The notes below the pieces were generated by a model. That model worked only from the letters and a program-made list of their open reading frames with translations, had not been told where the DNA came from and did not search any database. A stretch of 63,589 nt of DNA, counting the filler, from Octopus bimaculoides (taxonomy: Eukaryota): NCBI RefSeq assembly GCF_001194135.2. It is 7 parts of 6 records of this genome, joined end to end, with 100 filler letters (N's around TTAATTAATTAA, not from the genome) between each part and the next. Parts side by side here need not be neighbours in the genome. Positions count along the whole stretch, not along the records: positions 1 to 19,301 come from NC_068982.1; positions 19,402 to 48,053 come from NC_068994.1; 5 more parts are not named here. One strand, written 5' to 3'. Of the stretch, positions 12,408 through 23,927 are shown in pieces; within the stretch, counting starts at the first letter, position 1; every line of letters starts with the position of its first letter. Position numbers and translations under genes: made by a program.

Positions 12408-12611
12408 TAAAACTTTAGCATTTAAACCAGCCATATCCGGTCAAGATAATCTCCCTGTTTTATCTTTAAACTGACCAGATCTGGCCTCTCACACTTACCC
12501 TACAATACTATTCTAAAATTAGACAACTGCATCATTGAAATCTCAAAGTTACAAGGTAATACATGACAAATTCAAATCAATGTGATTAAATAAACATTGC
12601 TAAAGGGTTAA
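12408..12611 (+). mobile_element. piggyBac-type MITE
   Basis: Ends TGCTAAAGGG|TTAA; 5' end eroded (TTAAAACTTTAGCATT); homologous to 379-575. Confidence 0.6.
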
Positions 12612-13499
12612 AGACNNNNNNNNNNNNNNNNNNNNNNNNNNNNNNNNNNNNNNNNNNNNNNNNNNNNNNNNNNNNNNNNNNNNNNNNNNNNNNNNNNNNN
12701 NNNNNNNNNNNNNNNNNNNNNNNNNNNNNNNNNNNNNNNNNNNNNNNNNNNNNNNNNNNNNNNNNNNNNNNNNNNNNNNNNNNNNNNNNNNNNNNNNNNN
12801 NNNNNNNNNNNNNNNNNNNNNNNNNNNNNNNNNNNNNNNNNNNNNNNNNNNNNNNNNNNNNNNNNNNNNNNNNNNNNNNNNNNNNNNNNNNNNNNNNNNN
12901 NNNNNNNNNNNNNNNNNNNNNNNNNNNNNNNNNNNNNNNNNNNNNNNNNNNNNNNNNNNNNNNNNNNNNNNNNNNNNNNNNNNNNNNNNNNNNNNNNNNN
13001 NNNNNNNNNNNNNNNNNNNNNNNNNNNNNNNNNNNNNNNNNNNNNNNNNNNNNNNNNNNNNNNNNNNNNNNNNNNNNNNNNNNNNNNNNNNNNNNNNNNN
13101 NNNNNNNNNNNNNNNNNNNNNNNNNNNNNNNNNNNNNNNNNNNNNNNNNNNNNNNNNNNNNNNNNNNNNNNNNNNNNNNNNNNNNNNNNNNNNNNNNNNN
13201 NNNNNNNNNNNNNNNNNNNNNNNNNNNNNNNNNNNNNNATCAAGAGGGAGAGAGTGAGAGATACAATAATTAAATTGTGTATTATGAATTTTATTGTGTT
13301 TTGTTAGGAGCATGATACACTAGTCTGTAGAAAAATTGTCTTACATGAAACCAGTCTGTGATGCAAAAAAAGATGGGAAACGTTAATGTAGGTCACACTT
13401 GTGCTTTGTGGTGTCAGTCATTGTTCAGTGTTGAATTATTTTCAGAACTTGAAGAGAAAACCTTGTCTCTATGATGGAGTTGTGCATGGATTTGATAGA

Positions 13500-13524
13500 T
13501 GGAGGCTGAAAGATTCCCACCATG

Positions 13525-13555
<31 letters not shown>

Positions 13556-13830
13556 GTATATAAGTGTGCGTGTATGTACGTGTGTGGACGGGTGTATGTA
13601 TATATCTATGTGTGTGTCTTTGTGTCTGTGTTTGTCCTTCACCACTGCTTGACAACCAGTGTTGGTGTGTTTACATCCCCGTAACTTAGCCATTCAACAA
13701 AGAGACCGATAGAGTAAGCACTAGGCTTAAAAGAAAATAATAAATCCTTGGGTCGATTTGTTGGACTAAAAATCCTTCAAGGCTGTACTCCAGCATGGCC
13801 ATGGTCTAATGACTGAAACAGTGAAATTAT
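13500..13830 (+). mobile_element. SINE family C, 3' part with internal (TG)n
   Basis: GTGTTTACATCCCCGTAACTTAGC...CCAGCATGGCC...GACTGAAAC tail shared with 18600-18990, 23690-23927 and 54475-54650. Confidence 0.75.
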
Positions 13831-14699
13831 AAAAGATCTAGATCCTTAAATCCTTTACCATCCATATCTTTCTTATTTACATTAACTTACAGCTGTTAAC
13901 ACAGAACATCAGCGGCATTGATCTCACCAGTCCCATGGTGGCAGTGGTGGTGGTAGTGGTAGTGCTTCTGCTGCTGCTGCTGCTGCTGTTGGGAGCCATA
14001 AAAAAATCATCCTCTGACTAATTAATTTTTGAAACCACTTTTCTTATAATTATTTCATTCATTGTCTGTCACACACACACACATACACACACACGCGCGC
14101 ACACGCACATGCACACGCACAAAGATACATAGTAGTAGTGGTGGTGGTGGTGGTGGTGGTGGTAGTGGTGAGAAGAAAAGGAAGAAAAGCAGCAGCAGCA
14201 GCAAAAGCAGAATTTAGTGCTGCTGTTTAATTCCCAGGTCAACTTTGATTGAACAGATCTCTGTTACCATTCTGTCTTTTTTTATGTGCAGGAGAATTCA
14301 AGGCTAGATTACCTTTTTAAGACAACTGGGTGTGATTTGAGAGAGATTTAGCTACTATTTCTAGCAGGTTGAATGACTACATAAAGGCTCCTCATAATGG
14401 ATTGTTGATGAAGGTGACAGTGGTAGTATTAGTATTAAATAGAAGATAATATTAGTTTGGGTCTAATAGAATTGCTTTTAGCAGTATCAATTCTACTGCT
14501 GATGCTGCTGGTAGAAGATAACACTTCTGAGGTACAAGCAGGAGTGGCTTTTTGCTTTGTTTCTTTTTGAAGTTATATCATAAAGTAATTTATAATAGCA
14601 ATACAAAATAGTAATACAAGTAGCAGCAATAATACTCAGATCTAGGATGGAAGCTCATTAAGTAACAAAAAAATGGGCCAGGAACAATAGACACATACA

Positions 14700-15780
14700 A
14701 TAATATTTGAATTATGCAACTGGAGCAGCTTGCCCAATAGCAAAAACTTTATCAATATAATATACTTAAAGTATGTGTATCATTGAACAGCCAGAAGCTG
14801 TGGTATTGCATCCAGGGAAAAATCCCTTTATAGATGTATCGTGTTAAAAAAAAAACCCCACAATATACTTCAAAGCTAGATGAAACAAAATTGCCCCAGA
14901 TGTGACCACAAGAGCAACAGATATGTATTTTACCATTGTTATGGCTTATCAATGTCATATACTCACGTCACTTCTGTAATGAGATTAAATCAATTAGTCT
15001 AAAGTATATATAAAAAGTGTATAAAGTATACACTGGTTTGCAAAAGTACAGGATAAGCAGAGCAAAATTCAAATTATGCAATAGAAGTAGCTCTGTAGCA
15101 AAAATTTTATCAATATAATATACTTAATGTATGGGTGTCATTTAACATCTAGAAACTGCAATTTTCCATCTGGGAAAAAAATCTCTTTATTGACATATTG
15201 TGTTAAAATTAAAAGACACGTTTTATTCCCGTGCTAGGGGAAATTAATTCAGCCCAGAAGTGACCGCAAGAATGGCAGATATGTATTTCACTGTTGTTGC
15301 AGTTTGTCAATGTCATGTACTGGTGTCACTTTTGAAACAAGTTTGAATCAGACAGTCTCAAATGTATATAGAGAGATTAATGTACAAACTACACACTGAT
15401 TTGAAAAAGGTGCTGCATAAGCAGAATAAAATTCAAATTATGCAATTGAAGCTATTCTGTAGTTAAATCTTTATCAATATAGCATACTTAACATATGTTT
15501 ATACACTAATCTCTATGGCTTCAGACTGGCTGATTCAATCTTGTCTCAGTAGTGATACCAGTATATGACTTTGACAAGCCACAATAACAGTGAAATATGT
15601 TATCTGTTGCTTCTGCAGTCACTTCTAAGGTGATTTCACTTCACCTAGCTCTGAAGTATATTGTGTTTTTTCTCATACAATATATCTATAAAGGGATTTT
15701 TTCCTGAATGAAAAAAACCACAGCTTCTGGCATTTCAATGACACACATATATTAAATATGTTATATTGATAAAGTATATA
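14700..15780. repeat. ~363-bp unit: two full direct copies, one partial, and an inverted partial copy
   Basis: AATTATGCAA...TTTATCAATATA recurs at about 14710, 15073 and 15436; about 15676-15775 is the reverse complement of part of the unit. Confidence 0.8.
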
Positions 15781-16189
15781 CCATATACAATAACCACATC
15801 CGAACAAATGTCTTGTTTACTATATCAACACTCATAAAGTCTTGCAGAGATAAACTGGAAACTAGGAATGTTACCTTAAGGCACAAAAATCTCTAGATTA
15901 ATGTTATAGTCTTTAATCTTTAAAGTTATTATAATCCAGCTTGTTTACTGGATTTGTGAGTCAGAATAAAAAGGATTTATGGATTTATTATTAAATGTGT
16001 TTATGATTATATTGTTACATGGAAATATTGTTTGACAAGATACAGAAATGTGTTATTGCATCTAATCTATTATTGCATCTTGTATGTTATTACTTTCTGT
16101 CAGTCAATATCTTCAGAGTGATTAGAAAGTTTACTGATATCTTAGAAATAAAAATAAATCAATAAATTTTATTGTTGATGTTGTAGTTG

Positions 16190-16395
16190 TCATTTAGTCT
16201 CAAGTCAACTTTGATCAGGCAAATTTATGACTGAAAGCATTCTAGCCATGACCACCAAGTTCTTTTTTTTACATCAGGGACTTCATGGTCCAGTGTGTCA
16301 TTCTTCTTAACAGAGTAGGGTGTGATTTGAGGGAGGTTTGGCTGCTTTTCTTGCCAGTTGAGTGATTATGTGGAAGCTCCCTCGTTGACTCTTAT
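16190..16395 (+). repeat. Dispersed repeat family D (class unresolved)
   Basis: CAGGTCAACTTTGATC...CCAGCCATGACCA...GGGTGTGATTTGAGGGAGATTTGGCTGCTATTTCTAG motif set, also at about 11880, 14230, 18080, 27290, 27780, 28000, 40760-41080 and 44790-45090. Confidence 0.7.
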
Positions 16396-16502
16396 ATTAA
16401 ATGATTATTTCAGTTCATAAACAGAGTATTTTTTTCTTTTGCTTTTCATCAAAAGATGCTATAAGCAGAATTACAGAACATAATCACTAAGATGTTCCTG
16501 AC

Positions 16503-16820
16503 TTAGGTGTGTGGCTAAGCAGTTGAGATATTCAACTCATGATCATAAGGTTGTGAGTTCGATTCCTGGCAGTGTGTTGTGTTTTTGAGCAAGACACTTC
16601 ATTTCACATTGCTCCAGTCCACTCAGCTGGCAAAAATGAGTTGTGCCTGTAATTCAAAGGGTCAGCCTTGTCATATTCTGTGTCACGCAGGATAACTCTG
16701 AAAACTAAGTATTTGTGTCTATGGAGTTCTCAGCCACTTGCACATTAATTTCACAAGCAGGCTGTTCTGTTATCAGATCAATTGGAACTCTCATTATCAT
16801 AACTGACAGAGTGCCAATTT
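16503..16820 (+). mobile_element. SINE family B (long-tail variant)
   Basis: tRNA-like head GTGAGTTCGATTCC, CORE-like GAGCAAGACACTTCATTTCAC, tail shared with 33897-34280. Confidence 0.8.
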
Positions 16821-17084
16821 TTTTGTTTATTTTTATATACTTACGTGTATTTCATGGTTTAGTTATGAGTATGCTTGTAAGCAATTGTTACTGTTGGTAC
16901 TACATGAGAGTTCGCCTTCATCAACAGTCCTTTGGCATGCACGTAATTGGCTAAATGATGAGGCATGACCCGCAGATCCTTCCTCCCAGTTAAGCCAGAT
17001 TTCTGCCTAACTGGAGGACGTACTGTACAATCTAGAGTATAGTGATAAATGATATGAGATGCTGTGTGACAGTCCGGATATACT

Positions 17085-17285
17085 TCTCTCCCTTTCTCTC
17101 TCCCTCTACCCCTCTCTCTCTCTTTCTTTCTCTCTCTCTTTCTTTCTCTCTCTCTTTCTTTCTCTCTCTCTTTCTTTCTCTCTCTCTTTCTTTCTCTCTC
17201 TCTTTCTTTCTCTCTCTCTCTTTCTTTCTCTCTCTCTTTCTTTCTCTCTCTCTTTCTTTCTCTCTCTCTCTCTCTTTCTTTCTTC
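17085..17285. repeat. Compound (CT)n/(CTTT) polypyrimidine microsatellite
   Basis: Directly visible. Confidence 0.95.
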
Positions 17286-17381
17286 TCCCCCACCACCTCA
17301 ACTGCCCAGTCTATTTCTGTACCTGCTTAAACTAGTGGTAATCACACTGAATGCAAGCAAGCTAGACACAATCAAAGCATT

Positions 17382-17495
17382 TCAAGCATTGTTCCTCTGT
17401 ACTTACAGTTAGTAGTGTAGATTCTTACACAGTTTGATACTATACTGTGTAGGAATCTACACTACTAACTCTAGGTACAGAGGAACAATACTTGA
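17382..17495. other. Isolated palindrome: 52-bp stem (48/52 matched) with 10-nt loop
   Basis: 17382-17433 is the reverse complement of 17444-17495 with 4 differences; CATT flanks both sides. Confidence 0.9.
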
Positions 17496-18599
17496 CATTG
17501 TTGGTACTATTGATATTGCGACTATTTCTGTATGAATGTGTTTTTTTTATGCTTGACTGAAGTGAATGACAGATGTGGTGTTTTTAGATTGTTGCAGTAG
17601 TGCTTAGGGATGTTGCATGTGTCCAAATACATGGAAGTCATTTATCATATAATGACAGCAACTGTTGAGTTTGCAGTTTGCTCAAACAAGTATGCACCAT
17701 GTATGTACAGATGGTTTATCATTTTTAATTATTATTTTAGTTTTGTTTTGTTGGTGCCCTTGGTGTGGTTTGTGTACAAACTATTATGATGCATTCTATA
17801 CTGTTTTCTTTTTTTTTATGTTGTTTAAGTTTATTGTGGTTTGATGAGAAGGAATTGAAGGCCCAGACAGGACCATTATAACCTATTATGAATCTAAAAT
17901 ATTATTTGCCTAACTTTCTATTGGGCAAATTTAGTAGCAAAGTTTGCTCTCATATGTTTGTACTTCATTTGCTTTTTTCACACAGATATTTTGTGAAATA
18001 TGTCTTCTGTGTGTATGCTGTAGTATGTTTATGTTGTTGAATATAAGGGTTGGTAGTATTTGATACTATCTGTAGTTGTTTGACCTGACAGAAATAGCAT
18101 GCAAAACTTCTTCGAATTACATTCTATCATCTGAAACAAAGGGAGAACACATTAGATAATGTAGTCTTAGATACACTGTCTCTAGAAACAAGATAGGATG
18201 GTTATGGTTGGATCATCTCTGATCATAGGACTGCTTGATGAGGGTTGATTTGAGACAAAGCAGCAGCAATAACTTGTTACTTCAAATTAAACCCATTCCA
18301 ACTTAAATGGTACTAGCCTTCATTCTTTGAAAATATTTAGCATACAGATGTCATCAATACATGAATCATATTAGATGCGTACCTCTTTAACAAATACCAG
18401 ATAAAAACATCCTCCAATGGAGACATGTTAATTTTTATTCATTCAGTTATACTTTGACAAGTCACTACACACATGCTCCAAAAAGAGCCAAAGGTCTGAA
18501 GGAATAATTGTGTTTCTGCTTCTCGAAACTTGTTGGTATTATGTCACAATCTTTCAGTCCCTTCCGTCTTACTTGCCTCTCTTTCCTTTGTTGCCTCTA

Positions 18600-18990
18600 T
18601 TGTGTCCATCATTCGAAATCGAAATTGAACCAAATTCGATGACTGGCACCTATGCCAACCTTCCTTCATTGGACACTAAACTCAGTCTGGTACTTTATTC
18701 TATCAGGGACATAAGCAAACTAATACTGGTTATCAAGATGTGTAACATAACAAACACAGAGACAGAGAGAAAGAGACACAAACACACACACACACACACA
18801 CACACACGTACACACACACATATTTATATACGATGGGCTTCCACACAGTTTCCATCTGCCATATTCATTCACAAGCCGTTGGTCAGCCCAGGGCTATAGC
18901 AGAAGACACTTGCCCAAGGTGCCACGCAGTAGGGCTGAATCTAAAATCACATGGTTCCATAGTGAACTCTTTAACCACACAGTCATGCCA
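18600..18990 (-). mobile_element. SINE family C
   Basis: Reverse strand GGCATGACTGTGTGGTTAAAG head and GGCACCTTGGGCAAGTGTCTTC CORE-like block. Confidence 0.75.
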
Positions 18991-19345
18991 TGCCAGCACT
19001 TATAACTGTTGCCTATATAAATAGTCTTACTGGCTTAATGATAAACAGTGACCTTTTTTTTGTTATATTTTGTGCTGTTAATTATAAGGTGTTGTTTTTC
19101 TCAGGACTTTGTTTTTTGACATTTCTTCTAAATATTCCTTTTTTTTTTTGTTTTTTGTTGTGTGATGAATGTAATGGAATTGAGTATCCTGTAATTATCT
19201 TATGTTTTGTTAATTACTAATTAGACAATTAAATGAGATCACGAGATTCCTGCGTGCATGTGTGCTCACCATTTATTACAAAAGGTGGATGAAACAACTC
19301 TNNNNNNNNNNNNNNNNNNNNNNNNNNNNNNNNNNNNNNNNNNNN

Positions 19346-19357
19346 TTAATTAATTAA
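19346..19357. other. Artificial scaffold linker TTAATTAATTAA (also 48098, 52550, 54703, 57473, 62101)
   Basis: Identical 12-mer centred in 100-bp gaps (44 N each side); gives stops in all six frames. Confidence 0.95.
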
Positions 19358-19402
19358 NNNNNNNNNNNNNNNNNNNNNNNNNNNNNNNNNNNNNNNNNNN
19401 NA

Positions 19403-19620
19403 AGACACCATTTCGAGCGTGGCCGTTTTCGTGCGGGTGACACGTAAAAGCACCCACTACACTCTCTGAGTGGTTGGCGTTAGGAAGGGCATCCAGCTGT
19501 AGAAACTCTGCCAAATCAGACTGGAGCCTGGTGTTGCCATCCGGTTTCACCAGTCCTCAGTCAAATCGTCCAACCCATGCTAGCATGGAAAGCGGACGTT
19601 AAACGATGATGATGATGATA
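19403..19620 (+). mobile_element. Family F retroposon, young copy
   Basis: Near-identical to 1-185; CpGs retained; (GAT)n tail. Confidence 0.85.
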
Positions 19621-19892
19621 TACACACACAAATGTATATATACACATCAGATTGGAGCCTGGTACAGCCATCCGGTTCACCAGTCCTCAATCAAATCGTC
19701 CAACCCAAGGAATATGCAGAAACACCAGAGCAATGCATTACAAACACTAGAAAGCAAGCACATTGTACATCTGTGAGCCATCCATGGCACACCATTTTAT
19801 AATGACACTACAGAAAACTAAATTAGGCCTACTTTGTCCAAAACGTGACCATCTTAAACAACATTAAGAGTGTAATTTGAGAGATTTTGGTT

Positions 19893-20374
19893 AATATTTC
19901 TAGAAAGTTAGGTGGCAAGTTGATAGAATTGTTAGCAGGCCAAGTAAAATGTTTCGTGGTATTTTGTCCATCTTTATGCTCTGAGTTCAAATTCACCCGA
20001 GGTCGACTTTGCCTTTCATCTTTTCAGGGTCGATAAAATAAGTACCATTTGAGCACTAGGGTTGATGTAATTGATTTATCCAACCTCACCACCCACCAAA
20101 ACTGCTGACCTTGTGCCAGACTGAAATCAATAATTCTAGTAAGGCAAGGTGGTGAACTGGCAGAATCGTCGGCACACCGGGCGAAATACTTGGTGATATT
20201 TCATCTGTCTTTACATTCTGAGTTCAAATCCTGCCAAGGTCAACTTTGCCTTTCATCCTCTCAGGGTCAGTAAATTAAGTACCAGTTGCATGCTGGGGTC
20301 GATCTAATCAACTGGACCCTTCTCCAAAAATTTCGGGCCTTGTGCCTAAAATAGAAAAGAATGTTTCTAGTAAG
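19893..20374 (+). mobile_element. Two head-to-tail SINE A copies inserted in a family D repeat
   Basis: SINE A at about 19910-20125 and 20148-20360; AAT(A/G)(T/A)TTCTAG(A/T)AAG at 19893, 20129 and 20360. Confidence 0.8.
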
Positions 20375-21551
20375 TCAATCGACCATGTAGCAGCACCTTC
20401 ATTGGTTCGACCACAAGTTTGGGTTGAAATAATAACAGTCCATGACAATCTCTGCTCAGCTTCTTCACCTCATCCTGCTCCCTTCTACAAGGCAAGGGGA
20501 AAGGAGAGGAAAAGTAACGGTCAGTATGCCCCCCCCCCTCTTCCATAGAAGGTCAATGTTATTGTTTAGCCCAGTGGTTCTGAACCAGGATCCATATAAA
20601 ATTTGGTGGGGGCGGAGGCCAAGCAAGCATAATAGCAAATTGGGGATGTGTAGCAGTATTTCAAGGGTCCAGGGGAAAAAAGTTTTGCTTTAGATTTATC
20701 TATTGCAAGAAACAACTAAGTTTCTTTCCCTGATGCTTGGTGCTCCAGCATGACTCCTGTCAAATGACTGAAACGAATAAAAGAATAACATAGTTCAATA
20801 TGTTTCTGACCATTGAAAGATGTCCTCTTGGAGAGTTCTATAACAAACCTACAAGCGAATGGCAGAGAAACAAAATGGGGATTTTTCAAAGAAATATCTA
20901 TAAAACTCGTTTTGAAACATCAAATGGAAAAGGTGATCCATCAGAACAAAATAGTAATCAAAGGGGTTTATAGGTATGAAATGGTTGACAACCACTGGCT
21001 TAGCCCCACATTCAAGTTAGCAGCTCCCTTTTTACCCCAACTGAAGAGGAAGAAAGGATTAAGGAGAGTTATGAAATATGGACCTTCAAGTTACTTGACA
21101 CCTTTTATGAATGGGTAAAATCCACAGATCCACTGGATGCGCATCATTACATCCCCTTTATTTCATTAAGTATATCAATCAGTCTTAGTCTTGTTCACTG
21201 AGTAGAGCATACTTCCTTGCGGAGGTGTAATAATACCAAAACATGTCCACTGCATTCACCAGTTGGCTTTAGTTAGAAACCAAATCCATTTCAATTTTTA
21301 TTGTATAAAAATCCTCATCATTGTTTTAGCATCCAATTCTATGTTTGTACGGGTGAGACAGATTTCGTTCAAGTAGATGTTCTATGGCTAGATGCACTTC
21401 CTGTTGCCACCTCGCTTGTTTCCAAGCAAAGTAATATTTCCCCATGATTGAACAGGTTTCTATCGAAGATTAGAATTAACGCCACTTGTATGACGATGAC
21501 ACACACAACTATCAAGCAACATGAAGGAAAAAGGAGGAACAAGCACATTCA

Positions 21552-21605
<54 letters not shown>

Positions 21606-22455
21606 NNNNNNNNNNNNNNNNNNNNNNNNNNNNNNNNNNNNNNNNNNNNNNNNNNNNNNNNNNNNNNNNNNNNNNNNNNNNNNNNNNNNNNNNNNNNNNN
21701 NNNNNNNNNNNNNNNNNNNNNNNNNNNNNNNNNNNNNNNNNNNNNNNNNNNNNNNNNNNNNNNNNNNNNNNNNNNNNNNNNNNNNNNNNNNNNNNNNNNN
21801 NNNNNNNNNNNNNNNNNNNNNNNNNNNNNNNNNNNNNNNNNNNNNNNNNNNNNNNNNNNNNNNNNNNNNNNNNNNNNNNNNNNNNNNNNNNNNNNNNNNN
21901 NNNNNNNNNNNNNNNNNNNNNNNNNNNNNNNNNNNNNNNNNNNNNNNNNNNNNNNNNNNNNNNNNNNNNNNNNNNNNNNNNNNNNNNNNNNNNNNNNNNN
22001 NNNNNNNNNNNNNNNNNNNNNNNNNNNNNNNNNNNNNNNNNNNNNNNNNNNNNNNNNNNNNNNNNNNNNNNNNNNNNNNNNNNNNNNNNNNNNNNNNNNN
22101 NNNNNNNNNNNNNNNNNNNNNNNNNNNNNNNNNNNNNNNNNNNNNNNNNNNNNNNNNNNNNNNNNNNNNNNNNNNNNNNNNNNNNNNNNNNNNNNNNNNN
22201 NNNNNNNNNNNNGAAGGAGGAAGAAGAAGTATTCTCTCTGGTGCCTGAGGAGACAGAAGCATTCTGGGTAATGAGAAGAGGAGAGATATGTCAGCTGGAT
22301 GAGTCAGAGAGAAGGTGAAGCAGAAGACAACATGACTGTTGATCAGAGGTTTGTAAGTGTTAATGAACAACCCTATATTAATAAGTGTTAATGAACAACC
22401 CCATAGTAATAAGTCAGGTATTCTATGCAGTGTAGGTATTGTGGTGCTATGTTAA

Positions 22456-22486
<31 letters not shown>

Positions 22487-22734
22487 GTGATTGCAGTCAT
22501 CGATATGGTCATGCTGGAGCACTACTTTCAAGGCTCTCAGTCAATTATAACACATGATACTTATGTAGTACTTGTTTCAGTTGAACACTTATTTTAGCAA
22601 TCTAAATTCACTGAATCACCAAGTCATGCTATGACATAGGAGAACATGACTTGACACACACACACACACACACACACACAATATAGTAGGGTCAGTTGGG
22701 CACCATCTGTGAGAAAAACAGCACCAGGACACAA

Positions 22735-23138
22735 TTCACTCTGCCAGAAATTTAGAAACGACATGCTGTACAGCTTGACATTCAGGCCAGAAGCTCCAAT
22801 ACGAACTTTTCAGAGTGTTTGGGTGTCAATCTGAGGACGTACCGAGAGTAATAAAAATCAAACATCCAGTCAACTTCATGGTGTTTGGAGTGATCATTAG
22901 TGATGGTGATGTTATGCCTGCATTCATCTTCCCACATGGCCTCACACTCAACACAGGTCTACTTCAAATGCCTGGAGGAGGTAGTGCTGCCCTGGGTCAA
23001 GAGGGTGGCTGCTGGAAGACCCTGTGTCTGGCAACAGGACTCTGCATCATATCACACAAGCAGGAGAACCCAGTCATGGCTGTCAATGTTATTTTCATTT
23101 TTGTGTAATTTAGACAATAGTTTATTCACTGCACCCTG
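22735..23138 (+). pseudogene. Tc1/mariner (maT/DD37D-like) transposase remnant with 3' TIR
   Basis: KHPVNFMVFGVIISDGDVMPAFIFPHG...YFKCLEEVVLPWVKRVAAGRPCVWQQDSASYHTSRRTQSWLS; ends GCACCCTG|TA. Confidence 0.85.
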
Positions 23139-23689
23139 TATATGTGTATATATATANNNNNNNNNNNNNNNNNNNNNNNNNNNNNNNNNNNNNNNNNNNN
23201 NNNNNNNNNNNNNNNNNNNNNNNNNNNNNNNNNNNNNNNNNNNNNNNNNNNNNNNNNNNNNNNNNNNNNNNNNNNNNNNNNNNNNNNNNNNNNNNNNNNN
23301 NNNNNNNNNNNNNNNNNNNNNNNNNNNNNNNNNNNNNNNNNNNNNNNNNNNNNNNNNNNNNNNNNNNNNNNNNNNNNNNNNNNNNNNNNNNNNNNNNNNN
23401 NNNNNNNNNNNNNNNNNNNNNNNNNNNNNNNNNNNNNNNNNNNNNNNNNNNNNNNNNNNNNNNNNNNNNNNNNNAAATACCCAAAATTTCAAGGAGTTCC
23501 TGCCTTAAAAACAGGAACTACACCACAGTTATTTTGTGTTCTTTGCTACATTGGTTTCTATTAACCCATTTATTCTATCCGAAGAAATTTTATTCATTAA
23601 GATAGAAGAAATACATGTAATTATATATATACATATATATATATGCATATGTGGGCACAAGACGTCACGAAACGTGTACAACAAAAAAT

Positions 23690-23927
23690 ACGAACTAGGA
23701 GCACCGTCTTAAAGGGCTTTTAGTCGAAAAAAATCAACCGCAGGACTTATTTTTATGCTACCTTTTGCCGAACGGCTAAGTAACAGAGACGCAAACCCGC
23801 CAACATCAGTTGTCTACCAAAACCACTCGTAAGGCATTAGCCGGCCCGAGGCTACAATAAAAAACACTCGCCCAACTGGGACTGAACCCGAGACCATGTG
23901 GTTGGGAAGCAAGCTTCTTACTACACA
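23690..23927 (-). mobile_element. SINE family C, internally deleted, CpG retained
   Basis: GGGACTGAACCCGAGACCATGTGG head on the reverse strand; shared tail motifs. Confidence 0.7.

Noticed and set aside
17984-18030. Possible plus-strand micro-exon after TTTTTTCACACAG
   Set aside because: Only splice-like motifs, common in T-rich DNA; no coding support
21004-21199. 65-codon open frame SLFTPTEEEERIKESYEIWTFKLLDTFYEWVK that looks protein-like
   Set aside because: No convincing splice sites or recognisable family; cannot separate from chance or TE decay without a search
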